The position numbers and the translations under genes were made by a program. Positions 1 through 11,631 of a DNA stretch of 64,000 bases are shown piece after piece (within the stretch, counting starts at the first letter, position 1; the number at the start of each line of letters is the position of its first letter). The stretch lies in contig JBHGNT010000002.1 of NCBI GenBank assembly GCA_043228905.1, forward strand, positions 21,452,001 to 21,516,000, read 5' to 3'. This DNA is from Azolla caroliniana. Lineage: Eukaryota > Plantae > Polypodiophyta. The notes under the pieces are model-generated. The model was not told the DNA's origin. It did not search any database and saw only the letters and a list, made by a program, of their open reading frames with translations.

Positions 1-1129
1 CGAAAGGCATTACTGTATATACTCGAAATGGCCATATCGAGTGCGAAATACAGTCTTCCACTCGTCTCTCGGTCGAATACGGACAAGATTATATGCACCC
101 CTTAGATCAATTTTTGTAAAATGCTTTCCCCCACCAATGCACTGTAAAAGACTGGAAATTAAAGGTAGAGCATACCTATTTCTTATTATCACTTTATTTA
201 ATCCTCGATAATCCAAGACCAAACAAAGTGAGCCGTCCTTTTTCTTCACGAAAAAGATAGGAGCACCAGTTGGAGACTTTGAATGTCAAATAAATCCACT
301 TGCAAGATTCTCGTCAATGTATGCTCGAAGAACCTCAAGCTCCGTTGGTGACAAATTGTAGATCGGACCCCATGGTGGGTCTTTTCTTGGCTGTAGATCA
401 ATGGGACAATCGTATGGCCGATGCTTTGGAAGTACACTAGCTTTAACTTTGTCAAAGACATCAGCATATTCTTGATACTTTTTAGGAATATAGAACTTTG
501 ACTTCCCTTGAGTGTCACTAGAAGGTGCAGCTGATATGGAAAATAAGAATAAATCTTCTTTTTCTCCTTCTTGGCATAATTGTTGTAGGGTGATGGTTGA
601 AATTTGATGAAGAGGAACAACATGTTTGGTAGAGGGTGAATTGGTAACACTATGTTTTTCAAGGGGAGGATCCTGGGTTAGACCCTTGACTACTATGTTT
701 CCTTTTGAAGGGCACCTAATTTCTCATCATCTCCAATCAATTCTTGGGTTGTGTAGCTCGAACCACGACAAACCAAGGACTATTGGATGCTTAGGGTTAC
801 AGATTATGTTAAAGGAGAGTGTATGTGTATTGGCTCAGACTCCTTGAATATCTCTCCAGAAGCTACGAGACGTCCATCAATCATTACCATGGAAACTGGG
901 CAAGGAAGTTTATGCAAGGCTATTTGCTGTTTTCGGGCAAAATCTCTATCCATGAAACAAGAATTGGCTCCGGTATCTAAGAGAGCTGGGACATGAAGTT
1001 GACAATTTGGTATCGTAACTTGTACTTGGCTTGAGAAAACTCTACTAACATGCTTGGAAGAGATAGAACCCCTACTAGGCTATACAGATCTAGGATTGTC
1101 CAACCAAACGGCCTCGATTTTGGCCGGAC

Positions 1130-2316
1130 TTATTCGTTTCACTCCTCTTCTAATTGGCTTAGGATCTCAAACTAATTGGATAGAGTTGGATTACTAGAAA
1201 CACTAGTTGGCATAGTTTCAACAATGCTAGAGTCATTTCTATTATTAATAATGCTAGAGTCATTTCTATTATCATAGTTAATGTGATGTACGTGACGTCT
1301 CGGTCTGTGTGAACAATGAATGGCAATATGTCCTGGACCTCCATAATATAAGCATAGTCGATTTGCTCAACGACGTTGTTTTTTCTTCATTTGATAAAGG
1401 TCCTCGTCGCCGAGTCATATCAGTCTCCATCGGTGTCGGGCTATCCATTGGTGTTGGGCTACGTGCTTGCGGTGGAGTTGGGACGGGGCTATATTGTTGC
1501 CTTGGAGATTGTGCCATCATTGATGCATAAGTTGGCATTTAATCTTGATCTTGTTTGTTGTTGTTGTCGCTCGGACCGATGCTCAAAAAGCTGATTATCA
1601 CACCGTATTGCTCTGCTAATAGCTTTTGTAAGGGATTTTGGATCGTCAGGGAAGGTAAGAAGTAAATCTTTTACATCTCCACGGAGGCCCGAACAAAACT
1701 GCTCCATTAGAGCTTGTTCGTGCCAAGGAATATCACTTGCAATGAGACGAAAATTGGTTGCATACGTTGATCTTGGTTGATCCCCTTGCCGCAATGTGTG
1801 AATCCTGTTGATTGTCGTTCTTACACTATCTGTGTCTCCGAAGCAAGACATAAACTCTTTGATAAATTCTTCAAAGTTGTTGAGTAGGGGCGAATTTGCT
1901 TCTAGCAATGGAGAAAACCATAACAATGCTGTGCTAGTCAATAAAGTGCCCACTAACCCGACTTGAGATGAATCCGTCGGATAATGCGTGGGATGCATCT
2001 GAATTACCAACCGCACTTGATTTATAAAACCCCGAAAATGTGCTCTTGACCCATCGAATTTAGTTGGGAGGCTGATTTTGGGCTCCTTAAGAACTCCTTG
2101 ACTATTGAATTTTAGTTGTTGTAAAGCTACTATTGCCGACTCTAGTTGTGGAACCCTTCGTGTAAACTCGACGTGTATTTGTTGCTTCTCTACTGAAACC
2201 TTCTGTAGGTCTTCAAGCAATTGTTGATTCTCCAGCTCTAGTGATGCAAACTTGCTTTTGAGATTCTCCATTTCTGCAACAAGGGCGAAGTATTCTTGTT
2301 GGTTGCCAGCAGCCAT
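1130..2316 (-). pseudogene. gag: Gypsy gag (retrotransposon gag + CCHC zinc knuckle), frameshifted
   Basis: ORF 1489-2316 EPKISLPTKFDGSRAHFRGF...LRQG...FCSGLRGDVKD; continues in ORF 1278-1538 (PTPMETD, RRGPLSNEEK). Confidence 0.88.
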
Positions 2317-2374
2317 GGGTATTGACGAGTGTTTGTGGAAGAGGCTAGATGAGAAGAAGAAATTCGAATGAAAT

Positions 2375-2779
2375 TGTCAGAACCAAGAGAGAAGGTAAAG
2401 TGATAAAAGAAAGATATAAAGAGATCACAAGAAGAGGAATGAATGTATTAAAGTAGAATAAGAATGGATACAAGATAGGCAATGAGAGCTTAAGACTGGT
2501 GTTGATTCGAATTGGTTTTGAGAAGAATTGTATGTCCATATTTATAGGTTCCTATAGAATAACCTAGTGATTTCTATAATGTTTTAGAATGTTCTAGACC
2601 TAGATTATTCTAAGATGTTCTAGGATATTCTAGAGTGTAATATCAGTCTATTACAAGAAGTACCTTTTATTATTTCATATAATCATATGCTATCTTAATG
2701 GTTAGGTTTTTGATTATGTATTACAAGGTCTTGGGTTCAAGCCCAAGTGAAGCCACATAATGTTCACGGATTCATGACA
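2375..2779 (-). repeat. 5' LTR of Tcn1-like Gypsy
   Basis: TG..CA ends; similar to LTRs at 11176-11631 and 23607-27992; TATA (ctataaata on -) ~2540. Confidence 0.85.
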
Positions 2780-3294
2780 TCATATGACAGAAAGCCATCT
2801 CCAGGGAAGGTAGATGATATCCAGAAAATGAAAGAGGAATTCAAACCAAAGAAGTACAAAGATCCTTCGGAGCATGTGAATTCTACCACATTTGGATTCC
2901 ACATTATGCCCATGTGGCCAAACCTTTGTATGGGCTGTTTAAAAAGGTGAAGAGGTTTAAATGAGAGTTGATACATATTGAGGATATGAACAGACTTGGA
3001 GGATTGTTTCTAAAAGCCAAAACACTAAGGAAACATGTCTACATGCCTAGAATTGCTATATTCGTGATAGTGGATACAAGTCCGACCGTTATTGTAAGTG
3101 AATGATGATCGAGTTTGCTATGCCATATGTTTCGATGCTAGATATAGTTATGATGCGATGGATAACATATATTAAATCCCTTAACCTGAAGGTTCGACAT
3201 GTGCTTGGAAAATATAATGTCGTGGCGAATATGTTTTCTAGAGTTAGATACGATGGAGAGATTGAGGAGTCGATGGATGAGGAAGAAGAACTTG
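2780..3294 (+). pseudogene. Ancient Gypsy pol remnant (RT end/RNase H), base layer of the nest
   Basis: FYHIWIPHYAHVAKPLYGL, IFVIVDTSP, RWITYIKSLNLKVRHVLGKYNVVANMFSR; continues at 8357-8461, 32926-33050 and 33740-34100. Confidence 0.7.
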
Positions 3295-3299
3295 ACTTC

Positions 3300-6200
3300 T
3301 GTTGAGAATCAAAGTACGTAGCTTCCCCAATTCAATTGCTTTCACACTAGCAATGGACACTCTAGGTTCAGGCTAGTTTTGTAAATAGTATAAAGAGCAG
3401 TTCCCTAAGTTAGTTGGTATTTAAACCAACCCTTTTGTAACGAAGTCACTATTGGATGTATTTCATTTTGCTAATATAGCTTCTTGTTCTTTGTCTCTCT
3501 GTTTCTCTGTCTCTCTCTCTGTCTTACTCACGTACAGTTTCCTTTTGCTACACAATACAACATACACTCTCCATCTTTATATGGTACCAAAGCGTGTGGT
3601 AGTTTGATTCATTCAACTGTGTTGTATTTCATGCCGATGATCAAACATAACCAGCCCAACAATAGAGAAGAAAAACCACACAATGAACACCGAGATGGGA
3701 AGCGCTCTTCCTACCGAAAAACTCGACAGATCGAACTTTGCATCTTGGGAATACAAGGTGCACCAATACCTTGTCGGCCAAGACAATTGGAGGTACATTG
3801 AAGGAGCTCAGAAAACCAACCCAACATTAAACATGCCAACTACCCAACTTGGGAGCAAGCGGCAAGTCGCGTGTTGTACTGCCTAGCATCATGCCTCCAT
3901 GATCAAATTCTCGGCTACATTCGAGAGGCAAAAATGCCGAAAGTAGCCTAGGGTAATCTTAAGAATATTTTCACGTCCAATATAGCCAGATGCAAGCTTG
4001 AATTTTGTTAGGAGTTAAACAATATTCAGCAAAGGGACATGTCCATCACCAGCTACACCCTAACTATTAAGGAGTTGTGCGATACCCTTGGATCCATCAA
4101 CATCAACGATGATGAAATGGTGCAGATATGCATAGGTGGCTTAGCACCACGATTTGGCACGATCAGATAAACCATTCTTGCAAGGGAGAATCCTCCCTCC
4201 TTTTCTGATCTTCAGTCAATACTGCTGGTTGAAGAAAATCATGTTTGACAAAGGAGTAATGCGCCTGATGGTCAGATGCTCTAGCTCCTACTCAGACAAG
4301 GAAAGAGGATTCTGCCAGGGAAATAGAGGCCGATTTGGACGAGGCTGACATGGTCAGTCGACCCAAGAACACAACTCCCCCCATTGGCAAGAGGCCAAGA
4401 ACACACCAAGGGAGTCCGGTAGAAGGGGCAGTCATCCTGCCAGACCAAGTCGCCAAAATAGCCTGATCAAATGCGGATATTGTGGAAACATTGGCCACTG
4501 CGAAGAGGAGTGCCAAAAGAGGAAACGAGAGTCAACTTCGACCAACCGACAAATCATGAACTATGCCATGAATTCCGACTATGATGAACATGTCAGGATG
4601 TTCGTAATGCGGCACAAAGCGTACTCAATGTCGGCCTGGAGTCCGACCAACACCTCTACCTCAAACAATGTATGGTTTGTCAACTCTTGAGCATCCAATC
4701 ACATGACGTCTCACGAAGATTGGTTCCAAGAGTTGCAAAAGGCCGATCGACCCAACTATATTGAAACTAGGGATGACACAATTCACCCCATTCAACATGT
4801 TAGAAATGTCCTGTTTGAGAACGATAGCAAACAAACCTACATCAAGAATGACTTGCATGTCCCAACAATCACAAAAAATCGGGTTTCAATCGATCAGATG
4901 GTAGAACAAGGCATGCAAGTACGATTCAATCACGAAGGGTGCTTTATTGAAAAAGACGGTCAACTTGTTGCTCGAGGTCGAAGAGAGGGTCGAATGTTCA
5001 TCCTCGATTCAAACGAGGTGATGTTAGCTATGTTTATGAAAGGCCTTAGAGTCGACATCGACTTAGAGTTGTGGCACAAGAGAATTGGCCATATCAACCT
5101 CCAAAAGCTCAAGGTCATGAGGACCAAAGGAGTCGTCACCGGACTCCCAATTTTCACTGAAAAGTAGAGCATTGGAGTGTGCGAAACTTTCCAATTCGAC
5201 AAGCAAGATCGACAACCATTCCCAAAAGAGAGGAACATGAGAAAAGGGATCTTGGATGTAATACATTCAGATGTATGGGGACCATCCTAAACGACAACCT
5301 TCAGTAGATGCCGATACTATGTAACGTTCATCGACGACTTCTCTAGGCAAACTTGGATTTTCGGACACTTCGAGACTTTTAAAAATGAAGTTGAAAAAGC
5401 AATAGGCCGGCATGTTTGATGTCTTCGATGGGATGGAGGGAAAGAGTACTTCTCGAACGTTTTTACAACCTATCTCCGAAAGGAAGGAATTCAACGAGAG
5501 TTTACCTACCGACACACACCTCAATAGAACGGAGTAGCCGAAAGGAAAAATCAGCACATATTGGAGGTGGCAAGGGCAATGATGAACGAAAAGAACCCAC
5601 TGAAGTTGTACTAGGTAGAAGCAGCTAACACCCCATGAGACGTTTTTCGGGAAGATGCCGAAATTATCCCACGTCAGGATGTTCGGCTCAATCACTTATG
5701 TACACATTCCCGACGAGAAGAGGCGGAAGCTTGATCCTAAGTCGGAGAACTGTATCCTCATAGGGTGCTCACTCAAACAAAAAGGGGATCAAATGTTATA
5801 ATCCATCTACCTGAAAAGCTTGAGTGAGTCATGACATCGTCTTTGACAAGTCGGCATCTTCGTAGGACTAGAGACGACTCCGACTCTAATCCTAGTCGAC
5901 CCAAACTCGGCCAACTAGGAGATAGAGGAAAATCAATTGAGGCATAGGTTTGAAGAAAGTCCAACTGTGACCAAGTTGAGTGGACCTGAAGAGCCTCAGA
6001 GCGATCGAAGCACATCTCTGCCAAGTCCGAAGATGGACAAAGGGAACGCCAAAATGCCAGAGTACGAAGATCTGGACGACAACGCATCGACTCAATCACT
6101 TGATAGTTAGTTCAAATGCCTTGATGCCCCTATTATCAGGAGGAACGAAGTTAAGAAAGTCATAACTGCGGAAAATGAGAAACTCCATCATTCCACTCAA

Positions 6201-7333
6201 GAGAAGAACACGTTTAGCGATTCAACTGCACTGACTACATGGCATATCACTATGGCTTTATGATGAAGGTTGTGATAGTCCAATATGAACCGGAAATGTT
6301 TTCCAAAGTAGCCAAGGATCCACGATGGGTCGATGACATGAACGAGGAAATGCAGGCGCTATGCAAGAACGAGACATGGGATCTTGTCCCCCACTCACCA
6401 AACAAGAAAGCAATCGGTTGTAGGTAGATCTACAAAGTAAAATATAATGCCAATGGATCAGTAAAATGTTACAAGGAAAGAATCGTAGCAAAAGGCAATC
6501 TTCAAATGTACAATCATTGCACTCACAACTGCTAGAGGTTGGCATCTCCACCAAATGGATTTAAAGAATGCCTTCCTTCAAGGCGAATTAAAAAAGGAGG
6601 TGTTGATGATTCAACCACCTAATTTCGAATCGACCAACCATCCGATTGAAGTTTGTTGACCCAAGAAGCCGTTGTACGGACTCAAGCAAGCACCATGTGC
6701 TTGGCACTCAAAGATTAATTAGTATCTTCATGAAATAGGCTTCCACATGTCGAAATCAGACAACTCCCTCTACATCAAAAGCGAGTCTGACAACCCGATC
6801 CTCATCATCTTGTACATGGATGATCTAGTCATTATAGAAAGAATCTAGCCAACATCAATAAGGTCAAATCAGTCATGTCCGGAAGATTCGAAATAAAAGT
6901 CGTGCACGAGCTCCATTACTTCCTTGGTATAGAAGTAATTAGGACACCACTCGGGATTATGATCTCTCAACGACACTACATCCTCAACTTGCTCTACAAG
7001 TTCGAGATGACTGAGTGCAAATCTGTGTCAACCCCTCTTGATCGAAACCTCAAACTTGATGCGAACTCAGGAAAAGAAGAGTGGAAGCTGACTCAGTATC
7101 ATCAACTAATCGGTAGCTTAATCTATCTAACTATCACACGACCCGACCTCGGCTATCCAGTTGATCTACTTAGCCAAATCATGTAGAAATCTTAGGATAT
7201 TCACTTGGATTGTACTAAGAGAGTATTGAGGTATGTCAGTGGGATGATGTATGACAATCGACCTCAGAGTTTATCTTCTCCCTTGGCAACAGAGCTATCT
7301 CCTGGAGCAGCAAAATATTGGTAATATAACTTC

Positions 7334-7371
<38 letters not shown>

Positions 7372-8351
7372 CCCCTCTAAATCTATGTGGAAAGAGTTTG
7401 AAAATGTCCAAAAACATTTTCTTACAAAGTTTCTACAAGTTAAGAAAGAAACGCCCTACACCCTCCTCCTTGAGACGGGATTGCTTCCCATTGAGATCAT
7501 GGCCATGGAAAGGGTTGTTGAATACATGCTTAAGGTTCAAAAAAGTCCCTCACATCGACTTCCTAGAATTGCATGGGAAACAAGCAAAAAATCCAAAAGA
7601 CGCATAAAAGCAAAATTTTGTGTTCCGGTTGGATCCAAGATATAGGAAAATGGTTTGGTAGATGGGATGCGAGACACTTGCTTCATGATGCATCATTAGA
7701 TTCCTTTGTAAATGAGGCCTTTTTGCAACGCCAATGTATCATGACATGGGACAAATGTGGAGTCTCACGCTTCACACATTATGCTACACATGTTGCACCT
7801 AACTACAAAACCATATTCTTTGTGGAACGGGGAAATCGTATACATTGATACATGTTAAAGCCCATACTGTTATCTGCCATTAGAACCATTGCTTCCATGC
7901 ATTGCGTGTGAGACAGAGCTTTGGGGCACAAGTGATGAGAGTGGTTGGCTATGCACACTTTGCTCTAAACAAGTTTGCAAGTCTGAGTATCACAGTTTGA
8001 TACAATGCTCTGCCTTTGATCATATTCGACCATGCTCTCCACATCTCTTCGATCGAGCCCAATCCTTGCATGAATTCCTCTCACAACCACAATGTGCACT
8101 CTCGATTGCAACATTCATTGGTAAAGTTCTTGAACATCGAGTGTCACTACGCACTTTCACACGTATCACGTGAAATGTAATATTTTTTGTCTCATAGGTC
8201 ATATTTGACCTCCGAAGACGATAATATAATGTATCTATCTCTGTCTCTTTGTCTCTCTCTCTCTCTCGCTCTCTCTCTCTCTATTTGTCTTACACACTCA
8301 CACATTGTTTCCTTCCCCTACACAAGACCACATACACTCTCCATCTTTATA
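3300..8351 (+). mobile_element. Degenerate Ty1/Copia retrotransposon
   Basis: 5' LTR 3300-3581, PBS TGGTACCAAAGC (iMet-like) at 3582, gag KLDRSNFASWEYK, integrase LWHKRIGH/HSDVWG, RT HQMDLKNAFL/YMDDL, RNase H truncated at ISWSSK (~7315); partial 3' LTR ends 8351; TSD ACTTC at 3295-3299 and 8352-8356; many stops. Confidence 0.88.
7376..8232 (+). mobile_element. 5'-truncated LINE (RTEX-like) 3' end inserted in the (CT)n tract of the Copia 3' LTR
   Basis: LLLETGLLPIE..HRLPRIAW and CTLC..EYHSLIQC zinc finger, homologous to ORF2 C-terminus at 39600-40478; (AAT)n tail ~8221-8230; CT microsatellite on both sides. Confidence 0.75.
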
Positions 8352-8895
8352 ACTTCTTTAAGCTAGCTCCACTGACTATTGAAAGAGATAATGAAGGAAC
8401 AACTTGAATCTTTAAAGAAGATGGATATACAAAAGAGCAATTGCTTATAGGTTAGTTCTTGAATATTGCTAAACTTAGATGCGAAAGCTTATGAACCAAC
8501 AGTCAGTCGGTTATCCCGAAATTGAACAGAACAATTCGTTAACACAGAACACAGAGTACAAAGAAGAGAGAGAGACTGAGAGAGAGAAGCCAACTAGATT
8601 CTATTATAGAAAAGATGCTCAGTACAACAATAGTGCTCAAATGCACTTTACATATACAAGCCCATCTAATAGGGCTATCATGAAGTACTGACATGTACTT
8701 CAATGCCCTTAAAAGAGCATCTGACATTGAGTGCCTATGTTGGACCTATTTAATAAAATAGGTCTACTCGGCACGTGTGATGTTCCGGACGGCTTCCGCA
8801 TACGCACCGTCATCCGGTCCAGATCTATCATCCATATCTGACATTCAATCCATCATCCGGATCTGGTATCCGACTTCTTTAGCCAATCCAACATC

Positions 8896-8930
8896 AACAC
8901 TTTCGCATTCAGAAGTGGAAGTATCACGCA
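8896..8930 (+). repeat. Left TIR of Sola-like element
   Basis: Imperfect inverted repeat of 32755-32789; core TTCGC-TT-AGAAGTGGAAG-ATCAC. Confidence 0.75.
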
Positions 8931-9761
8931 TTCCAGTTTTGGATTCCTTTTATAATTGTGCAAATTTATGCAGTATAAAGAAATTTGTTACACCAGTATC
9001 ACATGTTTATCAACCCACATAGAATTTGCTAAATTTGACATATATTTAATAAGTTTCAGAGTCCTAAACAAGACTTAGTATTTTTTTGAACCTTTTTAAA
9101 GTTCTTGATCTCCAAATACTAAATGTAGTTAAAATTAAGAATATGACAATTGTTTATGAGTTTGACAAAAGTTAAACTTTCAAAATGTATTATCAAATAT
9201 GCATAGTAGTTTGAAATGTTGGGGAAATCATGATCTCCAGACATAAAATGTAGTTAAGTATTGGACTATGAACATGGCCTAGACAACATTTGATCTGCAA
9301 CTTTAACCAACGTGCGGAGGTGTAGGGAGAAGAAATGGAAGGTATAGCTATAATTATTGATTATGTTGGGTGCCGTCAAATACTTAGTGAATGTTGCCGG
9401 ATATAATAACTTAACACAATGTTACTGTAAGAAAGAAGCATATCAATAAAAGAGGACACCCATACACACTTATTATATAATGGATACACTTGGACAGTCA
9501 TTATGGTCACACCCAAAAGTAAGGTGAGTCCGATTGGTAGAACATATTCGATGATCAAAAGTAAACCTTAGATTAAAACGACAATAACATTGAGATTTAA
9601 TGTTACACAACGTCAATTATAATGTGTAGCTCAAGTTATAACATCTATAGTAGCAACAAAAGAGAAACAATATAAACAATTAGTCCTATAATATAAACAT
9701 GGATAGACATATTTAAAGAAAAAATATTTAAACATCGAACGCTTAGATTAAAATGTCAATA

Positions 9762-11175
9762 TTACATAGCTATTAAGGTGTCTACATCATTATCATCTTC
9801 ATCTCTTTGAGAACTCTCCTCAACCATTGCTTTAGTGGTATCGACACTAGACATACTGGCAATCGTAGGGTCTTCTCGAAGGTCATCATCAAGATCAATC
9901 AGTTCCCCATGCTCATCAGCTAACGGAGGAACCAGTTCATGGGAGATTGTTTGAAATCGCTCAGTATCAGCGATGTGTTTGGCCCCTACTTCCTCATCTT
10001 GGTCAGGACATTTCCATAAAGATTTAATCATCATGTTAATAAAACTGACTTGTTCATCGTCTTTCTCCAGTGCAACGGTATTGCGATAAAGCTTCAAAGC
10101 ACATGCTGACGTAGTACCTATCATGAAAATATATTAATAATTGCTTTAACCAAGTTACAACGTTATTTTAATTGTGTAAACCATAGTATACATTACATAA
10201 AATGTTACTAGTGCCCGAGAATAAATCCAATATCCAATCTCCTTTATTGGAGAACATTTCTAAAAGGCGCATAATGAGTCGTTGAGGCTTCTGATATGGG
10301 TTGACAAGGCCACGTTCAGTTGTGGTCACGTATCCCAATTTTCGTGTAATTGTTGGATACACCAACAAATTCGAACCTCTGATCTCATTTGAATGCTCCT
10401 TGATTCGTTGTTTTTTAATCTCATCAAAATATCCTACAGTTATATATTCGATCACATTCACAAATCTAAATGTTGGTCGTCTATTTACATTGTTTTTTAT
10501 CCTGCACATGAGAACAAAATAACCACAATACACACGATTACAATGTCAAGCATGAATCAACCTTTTGCAAAATATAAATTCAAGTAGTCGACATGTATCC
10601 ATACCATGCTAGGTTCTCGATGCCATGACAATGAGATCTCAACGCTTGCACGCAACAGAGTAGGTCCATACTATGAAAAATGACAATTCTCCACAAGGAC
10701 AATGTCGTCATTTCTACAAAATCCTTAACCATTTTCTCTAGTTGCTTCAATCTGAAAGGTTCCTCATCGTACGTTGATCCTACCATTCGAAAACCATATG
10801 GTATGTCAGCAATCAACATGTAGTCTTTTCTTAGCAATTTCTCCTTCATGTCGACCACATCAACCCAATATACATTGTAATATAAATCACATGTGATGTT
10901 TTTCTTGTGGGTAAATTTTTTACTAAGTGACGATCCTCAAATTTTCCTTCCTGGCCCTTTCAAGGTGAGCAAGAAATGATGTTGGGAAGTCATGAATGTC
11001 TTTTACTTCTCTAGGTTTCTTGCCTTGGCATGGTTCCTAATGCGCAACGGAGATAGAATTAAAAGAGTTAGAGAGAGAAATATCATACAATTCCCATATG
11101 CAAATAAGGAGAGAGATACTAACCCAATCATTGAATGCGATAAACTATTCTCATAGTGCCTTATAAGAAGACGTT
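9762..11175 (-). pseudogene. Beta-class N6-adenine/N4-cytosine DNA methyltransferase domain (3' exons of ParB-MTase gene)
   Basis: Spliced reading gives LIADIPYG (motif IV, 10796-10807) ... NLAW|IKNN..EYITVGYF ... NPYQKPQRLIMRLLEMFSNKGDWILDLFSGT|xTTSACALKLYRNTVALEKDDEQ (motifs X-I-II). GT-AG introns 11037-11123, 10502-10604, 10118-10208; acidic tail to stop at 9762. Confidence 0.85.
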
Positions 11176-11631
11176 TATCAGATCAAAGCAAGAGATTGAA
11201 CGATTGAAGGAAGGTATAAGAGAATAGAAGAAGAGAGGAGAATGGATTGATAAGATAAGAGTGGGTTTATTAGAATAGAATGAGTACAAGGATGAGTTGG
11301 ATACAAGGTAGTCTTGGAGCTGAAGACTAGTCTTGATTCGAACTGATTTTATATGATCTATTTGTCTCTATTTAAAGGTTTCTATAGAATAGCTTAGAGA
11401 TTTCTAGAATGTTCTAGAATGTTCTGGACATAGAATATTCTAGGCTGTCCAAGAAGATTTCTAGAATGTTCAAGAAAGTTCCAGAAGTTTTTCTGATACA
11501 ATAATCACTATGAAAAGTAGCCTTTATCATTCACGTCATGATAGCTTACCTTAATGGTTTGGCTTTGAATTTCGTACTACAAAGTCCTGGGTTCAAGTCC
11601 AGGTTCCATAATTTTTGATGGATTCATGACA
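11176..11631 (-). repeat. 3' LTR of nested chromovirus
   Basis: Matches 23607-23816 and 27812-27992. Confidence 0.88.

Larger units (their letters stand above)
1..2779 (-). mobile_element. Ty3/Gypsy chromovirus (Tcn1-like) retrotransposon, 5' part (LTR, gag, protease, start of RT); runs off the window start
   Basis: LTR 2375-2779 (TGTCAG..CATGACA); gag 2316->~1130 (FDGSRAHFRGF, LRQG, CCHC region frameshifted); protease LLDTGANSCF ~950-990; [36 protein letters not shown] at 10-249; close paralogue of 11176-27992. Confidence 0.92.

Noticed and set aside
2692-2745. Functional tRNA genes at the tRNA-like segments
   Set aside because: Only A/B-box-like parts are visible; no convincing acceptor or anticodon stems
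9762-10860. MTase as bacterial contamination or a chimeric assembly
   Set aside because: It has GT-AG introns, a plant Gypsy insertion with TSD, and is enclosed by TIRs within a plant LTR
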